NCBI RefSeq assembly: GCF_001194135.2 | Contig: NC_069001.1 | Span: 24,392,957-24,456,956 of the forward strand | DNA: 64,000 bases | Origin: Octopus bimaculoides | Taxonomy: Eukaryota | Direction: 5' to 3' | Shown: piece after piece, positions 51,591-63,500 of the stretch | Layout: the number at the start of each line of letters is the position of its first letter | Numbering within the stretch: position 1 is the first letter of the stretch | The notes under the pieces: model-generated | What the model was told of the DNA's origin: nothing | What the model saw: only the letters and a program-made list of their open reading frames with translations | The model's database searches: none | Program-made: the position numbers and the translations under genes

Positions 51591-53392
51591 AAGGAGGGGT
51601 AATGATTGAGATAGCAAGAGGAGAAGGTAGTTTAGTAATATGTACATGAGAGATACATTTGTCTCTTTCCTCCAACTCATGTATTCGCATGCCCACTGCG
51701 TATTTATAGACATCAGGTTAAAGAGAAAAGATACAATTGCTCGACCTGCTAGAAGTAGTAGCCAAATCTCCCTCTTAGGTAAAAGCCACACATTGGATAA
51801 TGTAACTAAATGAAAGAGACAGGATGGTCACAGCTGAGCTGGGGCTAAATTGCAACACTCAGTATACATACATACATACGTACCTACCTACATACATACA
51901 TACGTACATGCATATATACATACATACATGCGTACATACCTACCTACGTATGTACGTGCGTACATACGTACCTACCTACCTACCCACATACATGCAAACA
52001 TGCATACATGCATATGTACATACATATGTACATATATTCGTAAGTACGTTTGTACATATATACATGCATACATATATTCTTTCGTACATACATACATAAA
52101 TACATGCAATGCATGTGTACATATGAACATACATTCATATGTACGTGCGTACGTACATACATACAGGCATGAATGCATACGTACGTACATACATTCTTAT
52201 ATAGAGACATATAGAAGCAGTATTGTTGTTCATTAAGAAACAGAGTAAAAGAGAGAAGCAGAGTATATTTGAGAAAGACAGAGGGACAAAGAGACTAGTG
52301 TGTATAGGTATGTCAGAGGGAGATATACAGATGGCGCTCTTAGAGAGAGAAAAAATGAGAGAGATAAGACCATTGCTCCATACACAGAAACATATACACA
52401 AACATTTACTGGTGTCACGGAATCATTATCATATGCAAATTTGGATAGAGTGTTAGGTAGAGAGAGGGAGAGAGACAGACGGACAAACAGAAAGACAGAG
52501 GAACGGTGGGTGTGGGGAGGAGTGAGTGGATTGTGGGAGGTGTTGGAAGGAGAAAGCTTAAATTCTCATGATAATAAATTTTGCTCATGATTAGCAAGTC
52601 TACCAATTAGAATAATTTAGTTTCAATTACATGCTTCATGAATGTTAAACTTGAATATACGGTGTGGGTTATGTCTTCGAAAGTATCGACCGAAAACTCT
52701 CATGTGTGTATCAGGTGCATACACACATGCACAAACACACACACACACATACACAAAACCACAGAGAGAGGAAGAGAGAGTAAAAGAGAGAGGGAGAAAG
52801 AAAGAGAGTGAACGAGATGCATATATTTACACACACATGCACATAGCGAGAGAGAGAGAGAGAGAAGGTGAAAGAGGGAGAGAGAATGAGATGTATATAT
52901 CTACACACATGTATGCACACACATACACATAGCCAGAGAGAGAGAGAGAAAGAGAGAAGGTGAAAGAGAGAGAGAGAGAGAGGAGGTGAGAGAAAGTGAA
53001 AGTGAGAGAGAGAGAGAGAGAGAGAGAATGAGATGCATATATTTACACACATGTATACACACCCACAGACACACATATAGTGTATGTTTGTGAGTATATA
53101 TAAAATTATACATGTTATGAATATAATTATGTATGTATGTATTTGTACCTACATATACATATATCCATACATTAGAGTATATCCATATGTGTATGTGTGT
53201 ATAAGCACACACCACAATGCAAGCTGAAGGCGAAACAAAAACACAACTGCAGCGATTTATGCGTTTACCTTGTATTTTATTACTTCGGATTAAAAAAAAA
53301 TAGACTTCAAAAAATGAAGAACACTTAAATTTGATCCGCACTGATATATGGTGGGGTTCTCACCTGATCGGAATTGTGATATTCTTTTCTAC

Positions 53393-54635
53393 TCACTCTA
53401 GGCACAAGGCCTGAAGTTTTGGGGGAAGGGGACAGTCGATTAGATCAACTCCAGTATGCAACTGGTGCTGAATTTATCATACCCGAAAGATGGAAGGCAA
53501 AGTCGACCTCAGCAGAATTCGAACTCAGAATGTAAAGACAGACAAAATACCGCTAAGCATTTCTCCCGGCGTGCTAACGTTTCTGCCAGCTCACCGCCTT
53601 AAAATATTCTTTTCTATTCTAGGCACAAGGCCTGAAATTTTGAGGGAGCAGGCCAGTCGATTAGATCGACCCCAGTATGCAACTGGTACTTAATTTATCG
53701 ACCCCGAAAGGATGAAAGGCAAAGTCGACTTCACAGAATCAAATTAGCTATAACTACATTAATTAAGGTGACAAAGCTGGCAAAATTCTTAGTGGCATTT
53801 CGGCCGTCTTTATGTTCTAAGTTCAAATTCCGTCCAGGCCGACTTTGCCTTTCATCTTTCTGGGTCGATAAAATATGTACTAGTTGAGTGCTGAGGGTCG
53901 ATGTAATTGGCTCATCCCCACTCCCACCAAATTGCTGGCCTTGTGGCAAAATTTAAAACCAATATTATTATATTAATTAAGGCAGCGAGTTCGCAGAATC
54001 GTTAGCATGCTGAAAATACTCAGCGGTATTTCCACAGTCTTAACTTTCTGAGTTCAAATCCTTCCAGAGTCTACTTTGCATCTCATCTTTTTGGGATCAA
54101 TAAAATAAGTACCAGTTGTCTACTGGGGTCAATGTAATTGACATGACTCCACCCCTGAACTTGCTGGTCCTTTCATTAATTAAGGCAGCGAGCTGGCAGA
54201 AAAACTTTAGCACGCTGGACAAAAATGTTTAACGGCATTTCATCTGTCTTTACGTTCTGAGTTCAAATGTTACTAAAGTCAACTTTGTCTTTCGTCCTTG
54301 TGGGGTAAATACCAGTTGAGTACTAAGGGTCAATGTAACTGTCTTACCCACTCCTCTGAAATTGCTGGCTTTGCTCCAACATTTGAAACTAATATTATTA
54401 CATTAATTAGCCAATTAATCAAAGGCAGTGATCTGGTAGAATCATTAGCACATCTGACAAAATCCAAAGCAACATTTCTTCTGGGTTTACGTTCTGATTT
54501 CAAATACTACCGAGGTCAGCTTCGCCTTTCATTCCTTGTGAGGTCAATAAAACAAGTACCAGATGAACACTGGAGTTGATGTAATCGATTTGCACCAGCG
54601 CCTAAATTTGCTGACCTTGAATTAAAATTTGAGAC
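53393..54635. mobile_element. Cluster of six Meta-like SINEs (two on minus, four head-to-tail on plus)
   Basis: Minus copies at 53393-53601 and 53615-53735; plus copies start near 53762, 53977, 54179 and 54420. Confidence 0.85.
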
Positions 54636-55271
54636 TAATTCATTTAATAACCGATTAATTTAACGCAGGTATTGTCAGTTGGTGATGGAAAGATATATTT
54701 TAATATAAGATTATTTTCCTTAATCATCGAATTTTCAATATTCCCTACTGTATATATTAGGGGAGGCTACGACTATTCTCCAGATATTTCTTTTTAATGG
54801 AAGAAGCACAAATATCTCTCTTAGCATAAGTATGCAATTTAAAAATATTTCTTGCGGCGTAAAATCCTGAGCAATCATTGCATGCAAAACGGTGCACCAG
54901 GCATTTCCACAGGTACATACTCGAAGTGTTGGTGGTAGAGTGAGCCAGTTACCGAGTAGCGGACTAATACTTAGGCGAACCCAGGTGAAAAAAGTCCCAA
55001 GTAAAAAATGTCGCTGGGAAAAAGTCACGGAAAAGAAGTTCATCCAATGCGATGTGATCAACAAAAAGGAAAAAAAAAAGTCAGAATCCAACTCAGAGAC
55101 ACAGTGTCATTAAGATGTCTTATGCTGTTAGTAATACACCTGTTTCTGGAATATGGCAAAAACTGACTTTATCATGAGAACTCAGTATGAGATTGTAACT
55201 TTCTCATTTAGAGGATAAGGTTCCAAGGATTACAAGTTTAAAGAGCAATGTGCTGTAGCTACTCTATAAAT

Positions 55272-55960
55272 ATTATAGCTAATTAACATAATAGGGTAAA
55301 AATTTGATATTAATTAATATCAATTTAATACCATGAAACTAGCACATTAAAAGAATCAGAATGTTCAGGAAAAATTTTTTGGAGATCCTAAAAGGATTAT
55401 AGTACTTGTGTATATAAAAGTGACCAGCAAGTGGTCTGGTAATATGCTAGAAAAAGATCACTTAAAAAATTCTCAAAGAAAGATTCAGCGGAGCAAAATC
55501 AGGCGGGCGAGACCAGTGAAAATTATAAATACCTCGGTTATCTGTAGACTATAGTTTCAAAATCAATGCTTCCAAATTAAAGTATCTATTTATCATCAGT
55601 ACAAATTGCCGATATTATTATAATCGAACAGAATCTCGTGCTAGTTGTCTCCGACCAGTGCAAACGTGCACGTGATTCTATCCATTATAAAGATTAAAAT
55701 TCAAAAGTCTTAGTTTTGGCGCACTCTACAGAAAATAATTTCTGATTTGAATTTACCAACTTTGAGAAATGTGATTATGGTTAATTAACATAATGGGGTA
55801 AGAATTCGATATTAATTAATATCAATTTAATACAAGGAAACTAGCACATTAAAAGAATCAGAAGGTTCAGGAAAAAAATTTTGGAGATCCTAAAAGGATT
55901 ATAGTACTTGTGTATATAAAAGTGACCTACTGGTCACTTTTATATACACAAGTACTATAA
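55272..55960 (-). mobile_element. Terminally redundant hammerhead-containing unit (502-bp period) with terminal fold-back
   Basis: About 154-bp direct repeats at 55272-55425 and 55774-55927, with a hammerhead between them and a 29-bp perfect hairpin at 55899-55960. Confidence 0.65.
55542..55604 (-). ncRNA. Type I hammerhead ribozyme
   Basis: Minus strand uugua-CUGAUGA-[34-nt helix II, 11 of 14 positions paired]-GAAA-cuauag-UC-uacag. Helix III is the palindrome ACUAUAGU; GUC cleavage between 55547 and 55546. Confidence 0.85.
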
Positions 55961-56839
55961 ATATTATATCTAGTAGATCCGTTACACGTCACACAAGAGG
56001 GAGTCACGATTATAGTTTATGTATACAATCATCTAAAAAAGTGCTGTTTACTGTGATTATCAGAGGTCCACACACACACACACACATTGCAAATTTTTCA
56101 CTTTCATTGTGAGCACCTATTTATATGTATATCTATCTATCTGTCTGTTTGTCTGTCTGTCTGTCTGTATGTATGTATGTAAGCACGCATGTGTAAATGT
56201 ATACGCATACCCTTGCATAAAATGCATGCGTGTGTGTGTGTGCATGCATCATTCTACGGTTAGTTTGTAATATTCCTAAGGTCAACATTGACTCTTTCGT
56301 GACAGTTACATTCTTTAAACAATTCAACTCTTAACCAAATTAAATGTGGTTAAGTTCATTGAAAAGGATCAATGCTTCACTGTATTTTGATAAGTACTGG
56401 TAGAAAGTTGGTTGGGTAAACAGAGGATAATGATGAAATATGTGATAGATAGAAATTTTTAGCAGTGCAGTTTAATCATTTTTTTTATTAAGTTTACCTA
56501 AATTGCACTTAAGTAAATATCTTCAATGCAGAAAACTATTTTTGTAAATCGGGTTAAGATCAATGTAGAAGACAAAACTTATGAATTAAAAAGTGATCTG
56601 ATTTAAATAAGAGGAAGGTCTTAATTCATTTACAATCATGTCTGTTAGCATAAAAATAACAAAGACATTCAGTATAATTATGTTTATTTTTAAAAGATCG
56701 TAATGGAGGAGACTATTTTAGCAAACTTAGTTAAAAATGGTGCAGTAGCAAATATATACGAGGCAAAAAACGATCAGATTGTTAAGGAAATAAAGTTTGT
56801 TAAATCATCCTGTTTCTATTGTTTTAGAAAAAATAAGTA

Positions 56840-57224
56840 TACTCTTTTATCTGTTTCACTCATTTCACTGTGGCCATGCTGGAGCACCGCCTTTGGTCGA
56901 GCAAATCGACCCCAGGACTTATTCTTTGTAAGCCTAGTACTTATTCTGTCGATCCCTTTTGCCGAACTGCTAAGTTACGGGGACGTAAACACACCAGCAT
57001 CGGTCATCAAGCAATGTTGGGGGAACAAACACAGACACACACATATATATATACATATATACGGCGGGCTTCTTTCAGTTTCCATCTACCAAATCCACTC
57101 ACAAGGCTTTGGTTGGCCCAAGTCTATAGTAGAAGACACTTTCCCAAGGTGCCATGCAGTGGGACTGAACCCGGAACCATGTGGTCGGTAAGCAAGCTAC
57201 TTACCACACAGCCACTCCTGCACC
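56840..57224 (-). mobile_element. Full-length, young family A tRNA SINE
   Basis: Complete head to tail with CpGs retained. Confidence 0.9.
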
Positions 57225-57809
57225 TAAGTTTTCGTAAAGGATCTAAATAAGAGGAACCTAATACTGACATCATCATCAAAACTGATGCAGTGGAAAAAAA
57301 GAAACTAATAGACAAAATGTGGCCAAATTGAGGGTGATTACAGAGAAATTTTGTCACTTGGAAAGTTTTGTAAGTAAACGTGCAAAAAAGTGGCGAAATA
57401 TTCCACTGGTTACAAATTTTGCCCAGTTTCAGTTTGGTCTTTCGTAGATTGTATGTATGATGTAGGTTTTTTTTGCTGGGTATTTTTGCTGAAGCTAAAT
57501 GTTTTCTGATTTTCCAATATTTTGAAAATATATATATTTAATATGAATAAATTGTATATATTTAATAAATTATATGTAGAAAACCCTTTTAAATGTAAGA
57601 TATCAGCCTTTAAGGTGCGACTTTTGAAGGAAAAAATAATGGTTTTAGATGTAAGTTTAGGTACAAAATATGTCTCATTCAAATTTAATGAAACTAAGAA
57701 GATTCTTTGAGAATAAGATCATTCTAAGATTTAGTGCATAGATTTATTAATTTAAGCTCATCAGATTGAACGTTTCACTTGTTTACGAAGCAACGTATTC
57801 CAACCTGAC

Positions 57810-57990
57810 ACATTTGAGACATTTGGAGGGCTGGGCCACTAACCACGAAGTTCTTGTCATCGTTGACAGATCGCTTCACCAAGGTATCAGGTAATGCCCG
57901 TGAGGGCACTTGGTTTTTCCAACGCCTTAGCTTCGCCATTGCCCGGGGTAATGTTGTGAGCGTGCTGGCTTGCTTCAGTAGATTCTGTTG
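57810..57990 (+). mobile_element. CRE-like non-LTR retrotransposon 3' fragment
   Basis: FETFGGLG, then TKVSGNAREGTWFFQRLSFAIARGNVVSVLACFSRFC* (FQRLS.AI.RGN motif). Confidence 0.75.
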
Positions 57991-58852
57991 AGCCTTGTGG
58001 TGTTGTATTGATCTTTTCTTTTCTTTTTCCTCACTCTCCCCTTTTCCTTATTTTGCCACTTCCCCTCTTCTTTGTCTTTCGTTTGTAAAAACTTATATTA
58101 TGGAAGAATCATGGCTAGTGTTTAAAATACACAGTTTCAGTATTGTTTTCAATAAAAGAAGTGCAATAAAGGAATTGTTTTTATGACTATTTTCGTCAAA
58201 ATCGTAAAAATTAAATTAGATTAATAAACTTGAAGAGTAAGTTGCAAATTTAGACTTATATTAAGGAAAATTATTATAAAGTATTAAAATTTGATATATT
58301 AATAAAATTAATCACTAAACATTTACCACAGCCAAATTTATGATATCAAAATATACTACTTATTTTTATCTAAGCAATTTAAAGATTTATTTCTTAGGTT
58401 TGGTAACCATTGAAACAAAAAGATTCCAAAATGTTTTTAAAATATCAAAAAATAAATTTGGCTTCCGTAATTTATTATTGAAAAAAGTAAAGTAATTTCA
58501 CATCGCTACTTATTGCAGTAACCACTTAACCACTTTTTTGACATTGACACAGATACCTCAGTCTCATTTTTATATAATTTAGTTTTCGTCAAAGTATAAA
58601 ATTCTTTTTCTTTTAACATTTCAATTATTGAAAAAAATTTTCTTTTATATTTTTTACGTTTTCTCTCAATATCAAATATATTTTGTATGTAAAAAAGAGT
58701 GGAATATCAGGAAAATGTTCATGCAGGAGTGTTATAATTCTTTACCAAATGATTCAGGAAAAGTACAGTCGACGAAGTGGAAGCTGATTAAAGGGAAGAC
58801 TAGAAAGTTCTTGGGAAGCATGTTGGTTATGTTAAATTTGATAATAATCGTT

Positions 58853-59040
58853 TCTACTCTGGGCACAAGGCCTGAAATTTCAAGAGAGGGGACTAATCGA
58901 CCCCAGCTCTCGGCTAGTACTTATTTTATCGACCCTGAAAAAACGAAAGGCAAAGTGAACCCCAACAGAATTTGAACTCAGAACATAAAGACAGATGAAA
59001 TCCCAGTGTGCTAACGATTCTGCCAGCTCACCGAATTTGA
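58853..59040 (-). mobile_element. Meta-like SINE
   Basis: Core present. Confidence 0.75.
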
Positions 59041-59949
59041 AAATAATGCTAGAGCAGACTGTTAGGTATATGCACAATTGTTAGTGGTGTGTATGGAGGT
59101 TGCCTTGTAAAATTTATATTTGGGGATATTTTGCTAATGATATTAGAATAATGAGGCTTTTCATAAAGGATTTTGTAACTTTCTATGAGGCAAAAATTAC
59201 AGGGATTAATATTCTCTGCATAAGGACTAGCCCTAGAAAGTATACATCATTTAACGTAATATTGTAATGAATTATCCTTTAACGACCAAATATTTGTAGC
59301 CAAGGAGATTATATTTCTTCTGCCATTGTTTCACAAGGAATGCATGTGTGATTTAATGCTTTATTTAAATGTTTTTGAGGTTTTACTAACGCAAGCTTTT
59401 GCAGTGTTGTCAGTGGAAAAAGAAATCTATATATAACACCTTCAGCGCATTCTAGTGTGCACCTGTCGGAATCAGAGTAGTTTCCAAGGTAGATGTTTCG
59501 GTGGACAATGTTTTTTTTTTAATATTTATTTAGTGGAGTTATGATAGAGTAGATTACGATCATAATTAATGGTAGCTGATTAGTAAAGTTTCAATGCATT
59601 TTTGTTAAAGATCTAGTGGTAATAAATGGCTTAAAATGAAATTGCTTTTTAACAAGCACAATGAAAGTTTTGAGTCAAAGGCCTGACATTGTGCCAAAGT
59701 TGTAACCTTCGTTAAATATAAGAAGTTATTTTCCACCGTTTTGTTTATAAAATGCCAGAAAGAAAAGCATCCATGCATAATGCATTCGAACATGAAAGCC
59801 ATTTCCAGTTAAGTATTCAGTTCAGCTCTGTCTTGTGTTGCGAAAGATTTGTTCATTTGCCGAAAGCTGAAAATCCCATGTGAGCTGTTCAGGATAATGG
59901 GAGCAAATAACATGTCAGCGGGCATGATTTAGTGTCTCATTAGGTGCGG

Positions 59950-60205
59950 GTAACGTTTATACATACATACATTCATGCATGCATACACACACACTCATAT
60001 ACACACACACACTCATATGCATACATACACACACACTCATATACATACATACACACACACTCATATACATACATACATACACACACACACACACTCATAT
60101 ACATACATACACACACACTCATATACATACATACATACATACACACACACTCATATACATACATACATACATACACACGCACACACTCATATACATACAT
60201 ACAAA
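59950..60205. repeat. Higher-order (CA)/(CATA) minisatellite, unit ~18-24 bp (cacacactcatatacata)
   Basis: Direct sequence. Confidence 0.9.
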
Positions 60206-60210
60206 CAAAA

Positions 60211-60530
60211 GGCGCATGGCTTAATGGTTAGATCATTCAGTTCACGATCGTAAGGTCGTGAGTTTGATTCCTGGCGACGCGTTGTGTCCTTGGGCAACAC
60301 ACTTTATTTCACGTTGCTCCTGTCCACTCAGCTGACAAAAATGAGTAGTAATTGTATTTCAAAGGGCCGGCCTTGTCACGCTATGTGTCATGCTGAGTCT
60401 CCCTGAGAACTACGTTAGGGGTACACGTGTCTGTGGATTGCTCAGTCACTTGCACATTAATTTCATGAGCAAGCTATTCCGTTGATCGTATCAGCTGGGA
60501 CCCTCGTCGTCGTAACCGACGGAGTGCTCC
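60211..60530 (+). mobile_element. Full-length tRNA SINE family C1 (CORE-like central domain)
   Basis: A box tggcttaatggtta, B box gagtttgattcct, central ccactcagctgacaaaaatgagta, T-rich end. Confidence 0.88.
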
Positions 60531-61269
60531 TTTTTTTTAGAAACTAAAACAGTAACAAAGATTTTCATATATATATATATGTACGTATGAATGCATATAT
60601 GTAGGTATGTATGTATGTATGCATGTATGAATGAATGTATGCATGTATTTCAAGAAATATAGCATTTCAGGCACCAAAGTTGTTCTTACTTAATCTTCGT
60701 TTAAATGAATTGGTCATATAATCTGACGAGAGATTTGTTCCAACCCACTATTCTTTAAAACAGCTAACTTTTAACGCAGTATACAAAAATGTTATTTGAC
60801 GTCCGTAAGATAAACTGAAATCGTACGTAGCTAATACGAATATAACATATTCAAAAAGAATTTTGACAGATCACTAATTATGGACAAAATGATATTAGTA
60901 TGCTGTCAGATTAGATAAGCCACAAGAAGAGAAAAAATTGTAAAAATTCAAATTTAATTTGTCACCAGACTGCTTCCGTCATGCTGTGATCCGTGAGGAC
61001 TGGATCATTGTTTGAAAATCTAAATCTAGTTTGATGTCACTGTAGGCACAATGATTAGGTATTTAACTGAGCAAGTGAACATTCTTTCTCGTCATCGCTT
61101 CACAGAATCTATATGTATATGTATAGATATGTGTGTGTAGGTATTTGTATGCATACACTCAAAGAAACAAGTATATATATATATATATATATGAAGAATA
61201 TATATGTAATGTGCAGGCACACATACACGTATATATATGTATACACATATAGCATTTATGCTATTAAAT

Positions 61270-61391
61270 GACGGCGTGTGGTTTAGTGATTAGGGAATGT
61301 GGCTCACGATCATAAAGATGTGAGCTCAATTCCTGGTGGTGCGTTGTATTCGTATTTCACACATATATATATAAATATACTCGCACACACG

Positions 61392-61463
<72 letters not shown>

Positions 61464-61690
61464 CATACACACACACACACACACATATATATATACACAC
61501 ACACACACACATTGCTCCAGTCCGCTCAGCTGGCAAAAATGAGTTGTACCTGTAATTCAAAGGGCCAACCTTGTCACACTCTGTGTCATGCTGAATCTCC
61601 TTGAGAACTGCGTTAATGTAACACGTCACTGTGGAGTGTACTGTGATGAGCAGGCTGTCCCATCGATCGGATCAACTGGATCGATGGAGT
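61270..61690 (+). mobile_element. Family C1 SINE split by a (TA)n/(CA)n expansion
   Basis: Head 61270-61350; the body resumes at cattgctccagtcc (~61510). Confidence 0.8.
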
Positions 61691-61811
61691 TCCAGTTTGA
61701 GTTTTTAAGTTCTGTAAGCTCATGAATGAAATATCACAAAATCCCATGAAATATAATATTGATTGATGTAGATGTAGCTCTACATGGTGAGCACAAACAG
61801 TCTCGACATAG

Positions 61812-63500
61812 GCACCGGCGTAGCTGTGTGGTAAGAAGTTTGCTTCCCAATTATATGGTTCTGGGTTCAGTCCCATGTGTGGTATCTTGGGCAAGTGTCT
61901 TCTACACTAGCCTCAGGCAACCCTTGTGAGTGAATTTGGTAGATGGAAATTGGAAGAATCCTATCAGGTGGTGCTATTAAGTTAGACATGGCCTGGACCA
62001 ATCTTTGGTCGAAACACATCTAAGTTTATCTAAGTTCTAAGTTTATCTAAGTTCTAAGTTTATTGCACAATGAGGTGGAAACTAGGACTTTATGCTTGTA
62101 ATGTCAACTCATTAATCAATCAACTATTTCTGCAAATCCCAAATTCAAACATGTCACTGTGGTATAGCTGGGTAATATTAAGATAGAAATGTAACATTGT
62201 CATAGCCTTGTGTGTTAAAAGTGCAGAAAAATAATTTCTAGTGTTTGTTTTCTTTTCCTATTTTGATTGACACATAAAATCCCCAAAACCTCCTTTCACC
62301 CCAAACATTACATATCTCTTCTCATGCGTATTTACGTACTGTAACACATAAACACACCTTAATGTATACCGTTTTTATTAAATCGACTTTTCCTAAAGCA
62401 GACCACCATAGGCCTCAATGGATGCCATTAATTATATTGAATTAGCTTCACTACATACTTTCTATTATTGTAAACATTAGGGTTTGATTTATATTTATTT
62501 CTCTTTTGAAATATTGAGGAAATTGCCTAATTGACAAATTGACGAAACTGTGATGCATGTATATACTCAAATCAGAACTTGATAAAAATTGAACAAAAAG
62601 AAGGAAAAATAGACTTTAATTTGAAATTAAAATCTGAACAAAAATACAATTCTTAAACATAAAAACAAATTCCAGTTTGATTGAAATCTAAATTTCAATT
62701 TCATAAGTAATTTTGATTTGATATTTTACATTTTCATTTCAATTATTTAATTTTTTATTTTCATTCAGAAAATTTGGAGCTGCTGCAATGCAAATTTGAA
62801 TTGAACAAAGATTTATTTTTTCGTAATATTTTGAATATAAGAGATTTTTATCAAATAATGCAGGGAAATAGAAATATAGTATGGCTTAGGTTGACTGGTA
62901 GGTAAGCTTAAGTAGATTAGCAAACAAGCTCAAGAAGAGAATCAAACCTGGCTCAAGAAAGTAATTAAAGCAGGATCAAGTAGATTAGAACTCAAAAATA
63001 GGGTGTCTAGAAAATTCTTCTGATTAGTCAGCAGCTTCCATTACTACACCCATAATCCATCTGTACCAGTGAAATATAGCAGTTTCTCCCAGAAATTACA
63101 GTTACATTACAAAATGTTCACATCTGTCATCAGGTTTAAGGATAAAATCTCTTAAATTCCCATTCAAAATCCAAATCATTCTTCTCCGTGAGATGTTAAT
63201 AGTAGAAGCTATTTGAAACATTGGACCTGCTTCATTGATTCTCCTCGACATCATCTCAGTTTCAAATTTTGTACCAATTGAAATCAAACAGAAATATTGG
63301 TTTCAAATTTTGGCACAAGGCCAGCAATTTCTAGAGAAAGAGTAAATCAATTACATCAACCTCAATATGCAACTGGTACTTATTTTATTGACTCCGAAAG
63401 GATGAAATGCAAAGTTGACCATGGAATTTGAACTCAGAACAGATGAAATGTTGCTAAGCCATTTGTCCCGCATGCTAACTATTCTGCTAGCACATTGCCT
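61812..63500. mobile_element. Family A head (61812-61960 plus) and Meta-like SINE (63295-63500 minus)
   Basis: Similarity to the other copies. Confidence 0.7.

Noticed and set aside
57753-57781. GAAA..UC..CUGAUGA on the minus strand (type II hammerhead-like order)
   Set aside because: Only 3 nt are available for helix I, so it cannot fold.
60720-60835. CUGACGA and later GAAA-ucguacg-UA
   Set aside because: Helices I and II do not pair.
61990-62025. gacc/ggtc hairpin followed by GAAAC
   Set aside because: The CUGANGA box is missing and there is no helix I or III; at most a dead relic.
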